Assembly: GCA_030390025.1 (NCBI GenBank)
Contig: CM059434.1
Coordinates: forward strand, 52,576,001-52,640,000
DNA from: Squalus acanthias
Lineage: Eukaryota
Direction of reading: 5' to 3'
DNA length: 64,000 bases
Shown here: positions 50,635 to 63,357 of the stretch, piece after piece
How the letters are laid out: every line of letters begins with the position of its first letter
Position numbering within the stretch: the stretch's first letter is position 1
The notes under the pieces: model-generated
What the model was told of the DNA's origin: nothing
What the model saw: only the letters and a program-made list of their open reading frames with translations
The model's database searches: none
Made by a program: the position numbers and the translations under genes

Positions 50635-52313
50635 TAGGTTGTGATTTTAGCTTTACGGAGCAACACAAGTGACCGAAATCTTCATGACAACACATCAATT
50701 GACAAGCATCTCCATGGTGATCATCTGCATTTGGTCCCGATATTGCAAACAATAAATGTACAAATTATGTGAAACACTGGTGAATATTAGTGTAATATTT
50801 TCTACAAAATATTGGACAATTGCACACAATTACAAGAACTTTGGTGTGCAAGCATCAGAGACTTGGTTTAAATGCATAAGATGCTGAATGCCTGAAAAAT
50901 TGTGGGTTTCCTACTTTAAAATTTTTAATCCCCAAAAATTCTCCCACTTCCTTCCCTGAATGTGCTGAGTCATGCTGGTACAATTTGATGGCTGTCAGCA
51001 GCCCTCTGCAACTGCCCCTATTCTTCATGTGTGAGTGTCGGCAGTCTATTTGGCTTTGGGGGCATCACAGCCAAGTCCGATGTTGTTCTCACCCAACGTC
51101 CACACATGCATAGTTACCAGAAGGGATCACTGGATCTGGCTGGTTTGGTTTCTCCTTAACCCAGAGACACTTAGGCCAACTCTAGCATCCTATTGTCTCT
51201 CTGGCTGAGATCAGCTAACTTTGAACCGACCAGGAATTGACCCTCGGCTGATGTCATTATAGCAGCGTCCTTACGGAACCCTGGGTAATGATAAAAACAC
51301 TTGTGGATCTCCATTCTCTTGCATCCAAGTAAAACACAAGCTGTCTCACTGGGCCATTGAGAAATAGCTGCAGATATATGACAAAAAATGGACAAGAAAA
51401 TGTTGGGAATAAAGTGGGCACAAAGATCACCACTAAAGGAGGTCTGAGTAGGACCCAGACTACAAATGCCAACAAGGTGTAGGAAAAACAAACTTAACGT
51501 GCTGCAGAGACATAACTGAAATGAGATCAGTCTGCTACTGCATCAAGCAATGGACTGGCAGCCACATGGGGGAAGGATGAAAACTGGAAAAAGAAGGAAT
51601 GTGAAGTTTTCAGGTTATTACACTAGATGTGCTCTTGGGTTCAGCTCCACCACTGGCTCCCGTAAGCTGACTTTGTGTCCCCTATGATCCAAAGTGCGTT
51701 GTTTTCTGTCCAATAAGTAAATGATAGCACGATCTGGGGATCATAAGAGAGAACTCTATCTGTACACTAGCTTCTGGAATGTAACACCTGCTATCATGCG
51801 TATTTTAGTGGACTGGACAAACACTCTTACTGAATCAAGACATAGGCTTTGAACCAATAATTGGTTTTATTTACATAAGATAGATGAATGAACAGTACAC
51901 CGTTTTAACACAGTGGGTTATATATTTCCCTATACTCCTCGATATATAAAATAAAGACGCAACTTGTTTTCTTTCTAAACATGGACCGTAAAACAGAAAA
52001 CCACATACTGTTAAATTTCTCCAAACTTCACTGGCTAAGCTGGCTCAGGCTTTTATAACACAGATAGCCTGTGAGGTTCATATGCACTCTTTTCCATCTC
52101 TAACTACACTGCCTGAGAATTATCAATATTGATCTGTACAGTGATGTCCACCGAGCTGTCAATCAAAGAGTGCTCCAACTAATCAAGCGTCCTTCCCTCT
52201 TTTCAATAGTCTCACAACACCTGTTAATCAAAGTAACTACTCCAGAATGGGACCTATCTTTTGAACAGTGAAACAAAGGCTGCAGATGATACACCTCTCA
52301 TGATTTAATTAAA

Positions 52314-52625
52314 CTAGAGGCCATCAATATAAGATAGTCACTAATAAATCCAATAGGGAATTCAGGAGAAACTTCTTTACCTAGAAAGTGGTTAGAATGT
52401 GGAACTCGCTACCACAGGGAGTAGTTGAGGCGAATAGTATCGATGCATTCAAGGGGAAACTAGATAAGCACATGAGGGAGAAAGGAATAGAAAGTTATAT
52501 TGATGGGGTTAGATGAAGAAGGGTGGGAGGAAGCTCGTGTGGAGCATAAACACCGGCATAGACCTGTTGGGCCCAATGGCCTGTTTCTGTGCTGTAAATA
52601 CTATGTAATACTTTGTAATTTGTAA
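52314..52625 (+). mobile_element. CR1 LINE extreme 3' fragment
   Basis: TRGHQYK...RRNFFT..VVRMWNSLP plus CR1-type 3' UTR. Confidence 0.8.
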
Positions 52626-54022
52626 ATAGTCATTCACCAGTATTGAATTAAAGCAATTTCTCATAAGGGTCAAAGATGTTGTCAGTGAATGTGGCAGCAC
52701 TGGCAATTAACACTTGGAATTACTACTATCCTCAATTTACTCACAACAATATGAAGAACACCACAGCCAAATTTATCTGGAACTAAACTGATGTATTTCC
52801 CTTTGAGAAATACCCTATGTGATGCTGTTTAAAGCCACTACTTGCTGATTGTAGCAATACAAAAATACAAGTAAAAAATATTCAGCACAGATAAAAATCC
52901 ATTTTACCACAATGAAATACCAGTATTTATATAGCATCCAAACATCTTAGAATGCCTCACAAAATAAATGACTGTATTTTGCAGTGTAATGCAAATACAG
53001 CAATGTCCGAATAAAAGAGATAAGTGACCAATTAATCTGCTTCTTCAGTGCAGTTTGTTAAGGGAGGAATGTTGGCCAGAAGACCATGAGAACTCCCTGC
53101 TCTTCTTCAAACAGTAGCACGGAATCTTTAGTGCCCACCATAACAGATAAACAGAACCTTGATATTTCCCATCCAAAAGACAGTGAGGTAGAAACTCATC
53201 TCGGTTGCTAGCACAAAGCTGGTGGTATCGCATCGGCTGCCTGTTATCTGCACCGCTTCATATTCAAATCCATTGCAAGCAATGGAATTGGATATTAGAC
53301 GGGGCATATAACAGGCAGACGAGGCGATGCCACTCGTGTTGCGCTACCTTCCAAGACAAATTTCGACCTCAGTGCCTCTTAAATTAGATCACTTCCTCAG
53401 TATTGCACCAGTGCCAGTTCAGATTATGAACCAAGTCCTAGTGTATGGCTCAAACCCACAACCTTCTGATCTAGCTGCAACAGTGCCTGTCACTGAAACA
53501 AATTGTCAGATTATGACCTAACTGAGGTGCAAGTCACCTGGGAAGTTCAGCAGTCAGAGAGAAAGGTGTAGATTAATAACCTCCTCATGCTGTGGGTCCA
53601 AGGTCTAAATAAGTACATCAACTGAAGTATCGCTACAACTACCCCAACTGAGTCCAGCTAACTCATCCAGATTGGGTATAGAATCTAGGATGTTTGTGGC
53701 CTTTATGATTCAATCTCATATTGGACAGAAAATGAGCAAACTAAGTCTTTGGGAGCCCAACTTTTGGCTGTTTTACAAAGAAGAATATTAATGTCCCAAA
53801 TCCAGTTTTTGTGATATTACAGACCGCAGTCAAGATCAGAATGTCATCCAAGGTGGGACGTAAGTATCGAGTATTGATGCGTATCGATAATCTTTTGTAG
53901 TTCTCAAAGTGCTAAATCTCTAACATGGAAAGACACCATATATGCACACACACGTACATGCATCAACATGTACATACATACACACGTGTGCACACCAGCG
54001 CATCCATACAAATTCTACCCAC

Positions 54023-54099
54023 CTGTCGTGGATGTCTGATCGAGTGGACCGTCTGCTGCAGATGATCTGAGAGACTCTAGAAGGCCCCACATCTGCTTC
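54023..54099 (-). CDS. Uncharacterised protein exon
   Basis: attccag|G...CAG|gtgggt, 77 nt, phase 2-1; (E)KQMWGLLESLRSSAADGPLDQTSTT. Confidence 0.7.
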
Positions 54100-54140
54100 C
54101 TGGAATTTCACAGCAAAGCAGCAATGAGATTCTGAGTTAA

Positions 54141-55312
54141 AATCATAGAATGGTTACAGCACAGAAGGAGGCCATTCAGCCCGTTGAGCCCGTGCCGGCT
54201 CTCTGCAAGAGCACTTCAGCTAGTCCCACTCACCTGCCCTTTCCCCGCAGCCTTGCAAATTCTTTTTCTTTCAGGTACTTATCCAATTCCTTTTTAAAAG
54301 CCACAATTGAATCTGCCTCCACCACCCTTTCAGGCAGTGATTTCCAGATCCTAACCACTCGCTGCGTAAAAAAGTTTTCCTCATGTCGCCTTTGGTTTTT
54401 CTGCTAATCACCTTAAATCTGTGTCCTCTGGTTCTCGACCCTTCCACCAATGGTAACAGTTTCTCTCTATCTACTCTGTCTGGACCCCTCATGATTTTGA
54501 ACACCTCTATCAAATCTCTCAACTTTCCCTGTTCTAAGGAGAACAACCCCAGCTTCTCCAGTCTATCCACGTAACTGAAGTCCCTCATCCCTGGAACCAT
54601 TCTCGTAAATCTTTTCTGCACCCTCTCTGAGGCCTTCACATCCTTCCTAAAGTGTGACGCCCAGAATTGGACACAATACTCCAGTTGAGGCCGAACCAGT
54701 GTTTTAGAAAAGTTCATCATAACTTCCTTGCTTTTGTACTCTATGCCTCTATTTATAAAGCCCAGGATCCCATATGCTTTATTAACCGCTTTCTCAACCT
54801 GCCCTGCCACCTTCAATGATTTGTGCACATATACCCCCAGGTCTCTGTTCACGCACCCACCTTAGAATTGTACCCTTTAGTTTATATTGCCTCTCCTCGT
54901 TCTTCCTACCAAAATGTATCACTTCGCACTTTTCTGCGTTAAATTTCATCTGCCACATGTCCGCCCATTTCACCAGCCTGTCTATGTCCTCTTAAAGTCT
55001 ATCACTATCTTCCTCACTGTTCACTATACTTCCAAGTTTTGTGTCATCTGCACATTTTGAAATAGTGCCCTGTACACCCAAATCCAAGTCATTGATATAC
55101 ATCAAGAAAAGCAGTTGTCCTAGAACCGACACCTGGGGAATACCACTGTATACCTTCCTCCAGTCCGAAAAACAACCGTTCACCACTACTCTCTGTTTCC
55201 TGTCACTTAGCCAATTTCGTATCCATGCTGCTACTGTCCCTTTTATTCCATGGGCTTCAACTTTGCTGGCAAGCCTATTATGTGGCACTTTATCAAACGC
55301 CTTTTGGAGTTC
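54141..55312 (-). mobile_element. CR1 LINE 3' fragment (same subfamily as 9046-9858)
   Basis: KAFDKVPH, ADDTKLG, RPQLEYCVQFW; 3' end nearly identical to 9046-9858. Confidence 0.93.
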
Positions 55313-55492
55313 ACCCAAATTTTGTCCAGTTTGGATACTTAACATTTGTGTTGGCCAGTGTCTTTAGAACAACACATGCTGCTACTTGCTTTGTTCTGCT
55401 ACAACTATTTCCACCACCTTGTTGGGCGCTAAATGATTGGTTAGCACAATAAATGCAAGTATATTTTACATGAAAAATAGGCCTTTTCAACA

Positions 55493-55652
55493 GTAATAAC
55501 AACTTGCATTTATATAGCATGTTTATGATAGAAAAATGTCCTAAGGCGTTTCACAGAAGTATAATCAGACAAAAATGGACGCCGAATCAATGAAGGAGAT
55601 AGTAGGAGGGTTGACCAAAAGTTTGGTCAGAGGTGGATTTTGAGGAGAGCCT
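55493..55652 (-). mobile_element. L2 3' tail fragment
   Basis: AACAACTTGCATTTATATAGC...GACCAAAAGTTTGGTCA, as at 19571. Confidence 0.7.
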
Positions 55653-56872
55653 TATAGTATCCATCCTAAGCCCACATATCCCCAGATACACCATCGTCTT
55701 TCAAAGCAGTCCTTCATAGCTGCTGGTGGAGGAGGAGGGGAACCTGGCTATTGGTTAACGGTTTGTTCAAATCCAGGGGAGTCTGCTGGGGGTGTGGGGT
55801 GGGGGCTCTTTTATCAATTAAAGGTCTGCCCAGCTGTATGAATCTGGGTATGGAAGGGGCCTCCGACTGGTGAAGGGTCTACCCATCCTTGGGAGTCTGG
55901 TGGAGAAGGTGGATTCCAGCCAGATATCTTAGCTTTCAAAGCTTATTTCATGGAAACACTGCCAGAGTGGGCACTCCTTCTGGTGCAGCTGGAGGAAATG
56001 CTCCTTTCAACTACACATTCAAAATGTCCTCATGCATGGAGCATTTTGCATTAAGGTCAGTCTGAACCTAGGGCAGAATTTTCTGCATAATTGGGCACAT
56101 TCTGTAATATGGGGAGCTTCAATTTAGAACAAAACTGGATCAGTCTGGGATACAGGACCATCTGACAAATTCTGAGCCAGTTCTGGAAATTCTGAAATGA
56201 CAGGAATGAGAAACAGCATAACCCTGCTAATGTGCTGGAACCCCTGGATCAGGATAGTCCCCTTCTCCTGACATTTTTTTGATATTTCCATTTCCCCAAA
56301 CTCCTTAGTCTTATGGCTTCTCCAATGAGGATTGCTGAATTTGTGCCAGAGGTGCTAAATATCACGGTGTTTGTGCGTGCACTCATATCCATTGGGAACT
56401 GGCGAGAGACTGTCCCAACTTATTATACTTAGGACCTTCACCACTCTTTCAAGCTCAAAGCCAGGGGTGAAAAGATATTTTCAAAGAGAACAAACTCTTC
56501 ATTTACTTTATCTATGATGGATTTTAACTTAGTTCCCAGAAATAAAGGTACCACCCAATGGCCTAAAAGAAAACAGAACTTTGTTTACTCTTTTTGTGTT
56601 GATTTGAACCCAGGTCCCAGAGGTGAATGGCATCAGTCAGTCCTCAGTCACAGAGAGGAGACCCTCTGATTAAGCTGGATTCAATCCTGGATCTTACTGG
56701 TGAAAACACAGTATTCTAACTCATTATCCCACTCAATTTCCATGTCTAATGACCTTAGTTCTAGCACACTTAGCTAGAAGCTGAGATGCTAAATCCTACA
56801 TTAAACACCAGCCTTCTCCTTCACTGATGTGAGATTTGTGATCTTCTATTGTAGTTAGTCACGGTTACTCAC

Positions 56873-56952
56873 TCATGCAGTTCCTGTAGCTGGGCGAGCT
56901 GGAGATTGTGTTCTTCTATCAATAGCTGCACTTGTTCCTCAGGAACCAAACC
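56873..56952 (-). CDS. Uncharacterised protein exon (helical/coiled coil)
   Basis: ccctcctttttgcag|GGT...GA|gtgagt, 80 nt, phase 0-2; GLVPEEQVQLLIEEHNLQLAQLQELH. Confidence 0.8.
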
Positions 56953-57378
56953 CTGCAAAAAGGAGGGAAAATGTAACAGATTAACGTCATAGTGCTGAGC
57001 GTTAGACTATGGCGTTGGCTCAAATCTAGCCCTGACTGATGAGATGCCTGTGTCAGGCTGTCCAGAGTCTTTACGATACTAACATACCTTAAGTAAATGA
57101 GAATAGGAGAAAATAATGGACACGTGGGAGTGAGTCACAGGTTGGAATCTAATTGAGGGATTCAGGTGATTTATATATTGACAATAATACATAGTAAGAC
57201 TGAGTGTTGGCAGACTGTTGAACTGTGGAGTTCATCACTGCCAAGTCCAGTCCTGTTCTCATCTAACATCTGCACATAAGCACTTGTCAACTGAGGTCAC
57301 TGGATAGTGGAATCTCTGACTGCTTTTATATTGTGTTTTTTTGGTTTCTCTTTCTGTCCAGTTGTGTATTGCACTCAC

Positions 57379-57494
57379 TGATTTTGCTATGGGAAAGGAT
57401 GCCCAGGACATGGCGGAAGTGCAGCTTTCTCTTAGCTCAGGTCTCTTGAGGCAGTTCCCAAGCTCATCCCGGTTGGTTTCCTTCAGGTCTATCC
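57379..57494 (-). CDS. Uncharacterised protein exon
   Basis: ttcttttacag|GG...TCA|gtgagt, 116 nt, phase 1-0; (G)IDLKETNRDELGNCLKRPELRESCTSAMSWASFPIAKS. Confidence 0.78.
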
Positions 57495-57523
57495 CTGTAA
57501 AAGAATCACACACAAAGAATTAA

Positions 57524-57797
57524 TGGTGTTGTTTGAGAGATAAATACTGGCCAGGACACCGGGAGAATTTCCCCGCTCTTCTTCATAGTGCCGTGCGATC
57601 TTTTACGTCCACCTGAGAGGGCAGATGGGACTTCAGTTTAACGACTCATCTGAAAGACGGCACCTCTGACAGTGCAGCACTCCCTCGGTAATGTACTGAA
57701 GTGTCAGCCTGGACTATGTGCTCAAGTCTATGGGGCTTGAACATACAACTTTCCGACTCAGAGGCAAGAATGCTACCACTGAGCCAAGGCTGACTCC
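57524..57797 (-). mobile_element. SacSINE1-like SINE, 5' half
   Basis: A-box TGGCTCAGTGG, B-box-like GTTCAAGCC, Deu-type domain. Confidence 0.85.
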
Positions 57798-57800
57798 TTA

Positions 57801-59960
57801 GACCCAGTTTTAACCTCGCGTGGAAGTGTGCTGTGCGGGGGCTGGACTGGGAGGGAAGCTCCCACCATGGCGCCAGCATGAGGCCTGGGCAATTTTTACT
57901 CCTGTGCCTCATTTAAATGTCCCGACACGTGACTATCGCCCGAAGCCTGCAGGGAGCGGGAGCAGAAAATCACGTGGCCACACGGCAAGGTAAATGGAGG
58001 CGGGTTGGGGGGGGGGGAATTCCTGACGATTGCAGTTAGGGGGAGGGGGCCGCCTGGGGCAGAGAGGGCCTACAGTTTTCTTGTAGTGTCTTAAAAGAAG
58101 TGGCTGCAGAGATAGTGGATGCCTTGGTTGCAATATACCAACATTCCCTGGACTTTGGAGAGGTCCCAGCGGATTGGAAAACCGCAAATGTAACACTCCT
58201 ATTTAAGAAAGGAGGGAGACAGAAAGCAGGAAACTATAGACCAGTTAGCCTAACATCTGTCGTTGGGAAAATGCTGGAGTCCTTCATTAAGGAAGCAGTA
58301 GCAGGGCATTTGGAAAATCATAATGCAGTCAAGCAGAGTCAGCGTGGTTTTATGAAAGGGGTTTCATGTTTAACAAATTTGCTGGAGTTTTTGAGGATAT
58401 AACAAGTAGGGTGGACAAAGGTGAGCCAGTAGATGTGGTGTATTTTGATTTCCAGCAGGCATTCGATAAGGTGCCACATAAAAGGTTACTGCATAAGATA
58501 AGAGCTCACAGAGTTGGGGGTAATATATTAGCATGGATAGAGAATTGGCTAACTAACAGAAAGCAGAGAGTCGGGATAAATGGGTTATTTTCCGGTTGGC
58601 AAACGGTAACTAGTGGGGTGCCACTGGAATCGGTGCTGGGGCCTCAACTATTTACAATCTACATTAATGACTTGGATGAAGGGACCGTGTGTAATGTAGC
58701 CAAGTTTGCGGATGATACAAAGATGGGTGGGAAAGCAAGTTGTGCAGAGGACTCAAAGAATCTGCAAAGGGATATAGACAGGCTAAATGAGTGGGCAAAC
58801 ATTTGGCAGATGGTGTATAATGTGGGAAAGTGTGAGGTTATCCACTTTGGCAGGAAAAATAAAAAAGCAAATTATTATTTAAATGGAGAGAGATTACAAA
58901 ATGCTACAGTTCAGAGGGACCTGGGGGTCCTTGTGCATGAAACACAAAAAGTTAGCGTGCAGGTACAGCAAGTAATCAAAAAGGCAATTGGAATGTTGGC
59001 CTTTATTTCAAGGGGGTTGGAGTATAAAAGCAGGGAAGTCCTGGAACAACTGTACAGGGTATTGGTGAGACCACACCTTGAGTCCTGCGTACAGTTTTGG
59101 TCTCCTTATTTAAGGAAGGATATACTTGCATTGGAGGCAGTTCAGAGACGATTCACTAGGTTAATTCCAGAGATGAGGGGGTTGACTTATGAGGAAAGGT
59201 TGAGCAGGCTGGGCCTATACTCATTGGAATTTCGAAGAATGAGAGGTGATCTTATTGAAACATATAAGATACTGAGGGGGCACGACAAGGTAGATGCAGA
59301 GAGGATGTTTCCCCTCGTGGGGAAATCTAGAACTCGGGAGCATAGTTTCAGAATAAAGGGTCGCCCTTTTAGAGCTGAGATGAGGAGGAATTTCTTCTCT
59401 CAGAGGGTTGTAAATTTGTGGAATTCTCTGCCCCAGAGAGCCGTGGAGGCTGGGTCATTGAATAAATTTAAAGTGGAGATAGACAAATTTTTGCAAGATA
59501 AGGGAGTGAAGGGTTATGGGGAGCGGGCTGGGAAGTGGCTTTGAGCCCAAGATCAGCCATGATCTTATTGAATGGCGGAGCAGGCTCGAGGGGCCAAGTG
59601 GCCTATTCCTGCTCCAATTTCTTATGTTCTTATGTCAGGAGCAGAACTCCTGGTCCTTCTGGCCCACAAGGAAACCTTGAAAGAAAAGAACTTACCTAGG
59701 CCTCATCCGACCACGATCAATAGCGATTCGTGCGTTTCACAATTAAAATAGCATCGGGATCCAAATAACGTCACTGGAACCCAACGGTGAAATATTTCTG
59801 AGGCCCCACCTGCCTGCGAGTGGCCTTGGTGCGCCTGAAAACCCGAGTTAAAATGGTGGAGACCGTGAGCGCGGCAGGAACGCAGAGTGTATCGCTCGGC
59901 CGTCATTTTAACACATCGCCTGCACCATTTCTCACCAGGCGGGCGGGTTAAAACCAGGGC
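57801..59960. mobile_element. MITE-like element split by a CR1 insertion
   Basis: TIRs GACCCAGTTTTAACC / GGTTAAAACCAGGGC (12/15); halves at 57801-58090 and 59635-59960. Confidence 0.6.
58091..59634 (+). mobile_element. CR1 LINE, 5'-truncated
   Basis: ORFs 58100..58402 and 58366..59544 (one frameshift) with RT motifs; TTCTTATG tail. Confidence 0.95.
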
Positions 59961-60006
59961 TCTGGTTTTTATTTTATTTCTATTTATTTTTCTTAACAAG
60001 TTTTAC

Positions 60007-60199
60007 CTGTGGCACCCAAGACAAGCTCCTCTAGACTCCAAGCCTCTGTGGACTGGTCCTTCCACATTAATTCCTCCAGCTCCTCTAAGCAGAGGCTGAT
60101 GCACAAGGCCGCTACGGTTCTTGCTGGCGAGCGTGCAGATTTAGGAGTAAAAAGCTGAATTTCTGCATAACTCATGTGTTTCTGTTCCATCGGTAGATC
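60007..60199 (-). CDS. Uncharacterised protein exon
   Basis: cttcctctcag|GAT...CAG|gtaaaa, 193 nt, phase 0-1; DLPMEQKHMSYAEIQLFTP...WSLEELVLGAT. Confidence 0.78.
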
Positions 60200-60506
60200 C
60201 TGAGAGGAAGTCAAGGAAGGAGGATCAGCCTCTCGACCGGTGTACAATTGCATTCTACTTCATTTATTTACTCCAGTTAAGCCCACCCTCCATTGTACCA
60301 ATGTGACATTTTATTTATGACATCCACCATGGTTGAGTGAGACTGCCAATCTGTGCTGAATTATACGTAGCTCAATCCGATGGTCTCACAACTATCCATA
60401 ACTCGGTTGAAATTCCTTAAACTGATTTCAATTAGAATCTTTGCAGCCAAAACAGCCTAATCGTGTAGGCTAGATTTAAATCGAAGAGCCAGACTTGCAT
60501 TTTAAC

Positions 60507-60735
60507 CAAAATAAAAACAGAAAATGCTGTAAATACTCAGCAGGTCAGGCAGCATCTGTGCAGAGAGAAACAGAGTTGACGTTTCAGGTCGATGACCCTT
60601 CGTCAGACGAAGGAAAGGTCATCGACCTGAAACGTTAACTCTGTTTCTCTCTCCACAGATGCTGCCTGACCTGCTGAGTATTTCCAGCATTTTCTGTTTT
60701 TACTTCAGATTTCCAGCATCCGCAGTATTTTGCTT
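60507..60735. mobile_element. Penelope-like inverted terminal remnant
   Basis: About 85-bp inverted arms centred near 60605; 12-bp TSD TTGCATTTTAAC (60495-60506, 60736-60747); truncated hammerhead motifs. Confidence 0.85.
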
Positions 60736-61539
60736 TTGCATTTTAACTATGCTGTCCAGAATGTCCCAGGTTTTATCCCCAGTCTGTGCTGAGTTACCTG
60801 ATCTCAGCCAGGTAGCAGCATAGTTGCTGCAGTTTAGCCTCAGCACCCTTTGGTTAGTGAGGGGAAAATCAGCCAGTGTTCCTGCTCTTGATCATTACTG
60901 AGTGATCACTGCCGGAAGTGTGCCATATGGGTTAGGGCAGGAGTAGGTGGGGAAGTGATTTTCCCACGGTTTAAACAGCCTGTGACACTCACTGTGTAGG
61001 CTTACCCATGAATAATGTGCGCTTAGGCGAGGTACTGGAGGGCAACCAACCTCCATGCAACTAATGCCCAGCAAGAAGTCAAATGCTTCCAGGAGAGAAG
61101 GAAGAAAATTGGCAGGGAGTGTAAAGAAATGGCAGTGTTTAACTGCATCTGCCTGGACTGGAACTGAAAGAGTCACTGTAGAGTGTGTTACAATTCAGAG
61201 GGACCCTGGGCCACTAAAATCCCCATGCTTTGTATTTGTAGATCAATGCAATGTGTGTTGATCAGAAATTAATTAAAATACTGTATTAATCTTCACATGG
61301 ACCACACTTTTTTAAAGCAAAAAAACAATTTAACTTGGAATACAGCCAGTTTATTATAACTTATTTCTAGGGCTGGGGATGAGAGGAAAGGTTCGTTTGG
61401 GGTGCAAAGATGCAATACCACCCTCTATGGATGTCAATAAATTGTTTCCACACTCTAGATTCCTTTGTGCTACACATCTTCCCCTCATCAAAGAGGGTGG
61501 CAGACACAAGTTATGAGAGCTCTGCTGATATAACACTAA

Positions 61540-62400
61540 GGGCTGGATTTTAAGGAGGAAGGCGGGTTGGGGGCGGGGGGTCTCCGAGGCGGTCGGGAAA
61601 CCCAGGAGGCCGGGTTTCCCACAGGCCCTGCCGACTTTAACGGCAGGGCCTGATTTGCATGCGAGGCCTCGGTTTCCCACCCGCAGCCAGCCAGATGGAG
61701 AGGTTGAATGGCCAGGGATCAGGGATCAGGGATTGGGCCGGGCCGTTAAAAGGATTGGCGGGGCGGGGGGGTGGTCAGGCAGAGATCGAGAATCAGGTCG
61801 GCCCATTAAAAGGATTGGGGGCAGGGGTGGTCGAGCAGAGATTGGGGAGGAGCCGGGGGGGGGTGGGGCGGCGGCGGTTGGGGGGAGAGAGGATCCGGGC
61901 CGGATAATCGGGTAGGTGAAGGGAAAAATGTGGCCGGCCACCGGAGGATCATGGGTGGCCTCAGCATCATCGGTTGGGGTGGGTGGGGGTGGGGGAAGGC
62001 CTGGGGGGGTGATCAGAGACCTCGTGAGGGGGTCTCCAATCACAGGGGGTATGGTATTTACCCTGGATCCAGGAGGTAGGTATAAAGGCACTTACCTCCT
62101 GGATCCAGCAGTCCCCGCCTTGTAGTAACTGCCGGGAATTGTGTAAAACCCGTCCACATGCAGTTAAAAACAAAATGGAGGTTAAAAAAGAGGCTTCCAG
62201 CCTCATTATAATATTTAAATTGACGTCGCGCCTCCTGGGAACGGGTTGGCTGCCCGCCCCTGTCCTGCTTCCCATCCCGCCTCCATTAAAACCAGAAGTG
62301 GGCAGGTTGGAGGCGGGTTCAGGTCGGGAATCCGACTTTTAACAATTTAACTACCCCCACGCTCCAAACCCACCCGTTATTTTAGGTTAAAATTCCCCCC
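61540..62400. mobile_element. PIF/Harbinger MITE
   Basis: Imperfect TIRs GGGCTGGATTTTAA / TTAAAATTCCCCCC, canonical TAA TSD (61537-61539, 62401-62403). Confidence 0.9.
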
Positions 62401-62648
62401 TAAGTGATTAATGAGTTCAGGTTTGATCTCTGCTACGCTCCTGATCTGAGCTGCGGCAGAAAGTGGGTGGGGGGCAGGGAAGAGAAAGAAAGTCAGAAGG
62501 GATTTAAGTTGCTTGGACAGTCTCAAGCTCAAGGTGAGCAATAAGCCTACAGTCTTGGCAGCAAATGTGGTGAGGTGGCCAAAAATTTACCAGAAGATAA
62601 ATTATATTAAAAATAATGAATAGAAAATCAGGAGCGTGTCACTGCTAC

Positions 62649-62772
62649 CTGTGGCAATCTGAACTCCCCTTCGGCAATCACTCCTTCCCGATCACGGAAA
62701 AGCAACACCTCCAGCATAGCGGAATCCTCCTTTCCTCCTGACATTACCATTTCAAACTTTGCATCTTGGGTA
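62649..62772 (-). CDS. Uncharacterised protein exon (beta-rich, C2-like pattern)
   Basis: tttatttgtatctcag|T...CAG|gtagca, 124 nt, phase 2-0; TQDAKFEMVMSGGKEDSAMLEVLLFRDREGVIAEGEFRLPQ. Confidence 0.72.
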
Positions 62773-63357
62773 CTGAGATACAAATAAAAATCATGAACCA
62801 TGTCACCAGTTAGAAAACAACGGTTTTATATCCTTGAAAAACATATGGCTTGATCCGGAAGTCCCACTTCAATTCACTTCCATCGGACTGCATAATTTCC
62901 TTTATGGTTTTTCAGTTTATTTTCCTTGTACGGCCACATGCCAAGCAAAGGAATGTTTTCTAAATTAAGAAATCCAAGTGAAAAGGCCTAAGGTGCAGGA
63001 CATCATAAAAGGTTGAAAAGAGAAGACAAGGTAAAGAAGTAGCAATGAAGTGACACCTAGCTTGGGTTTTAAAAGCTGGTAGATTGTAGGAGGAACGGAA
63101 GACAGAGAGGTAACGAGTTCCACAGGGTTGAGGTAGAGTAGGAGACGATGACCTTTGATTTCAACCATGAGGACATAGGAAGATTTTGTTATTTGTTACA
63201 GTGGTTCCAGATGATTGATGAGTTGTGCCAGGCTCAACCAGAAGATGTCCCTCCTGTAATGAGACCCAATCTTTGACAATTTGCTGGTTTCAGAGTCACC
63301 CAAATCACTGAGATTCCCAGGTTCGATACCCAGTCTGTGCTGAGTGGACAACCTTAC

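Noticed and set aside
60574-60640. Functional hammerheads in the 60.6 kb hairpin and at 32035-32105
   Set aside because: Stem I is truncated or the catalytic core is mutated in each copy.
62965-63168. 67-aa ORF as an exon
   Set aside because: Another frame shows LWNSLP, indicating a degenerate LINE 3' remnant; no good acceptor.
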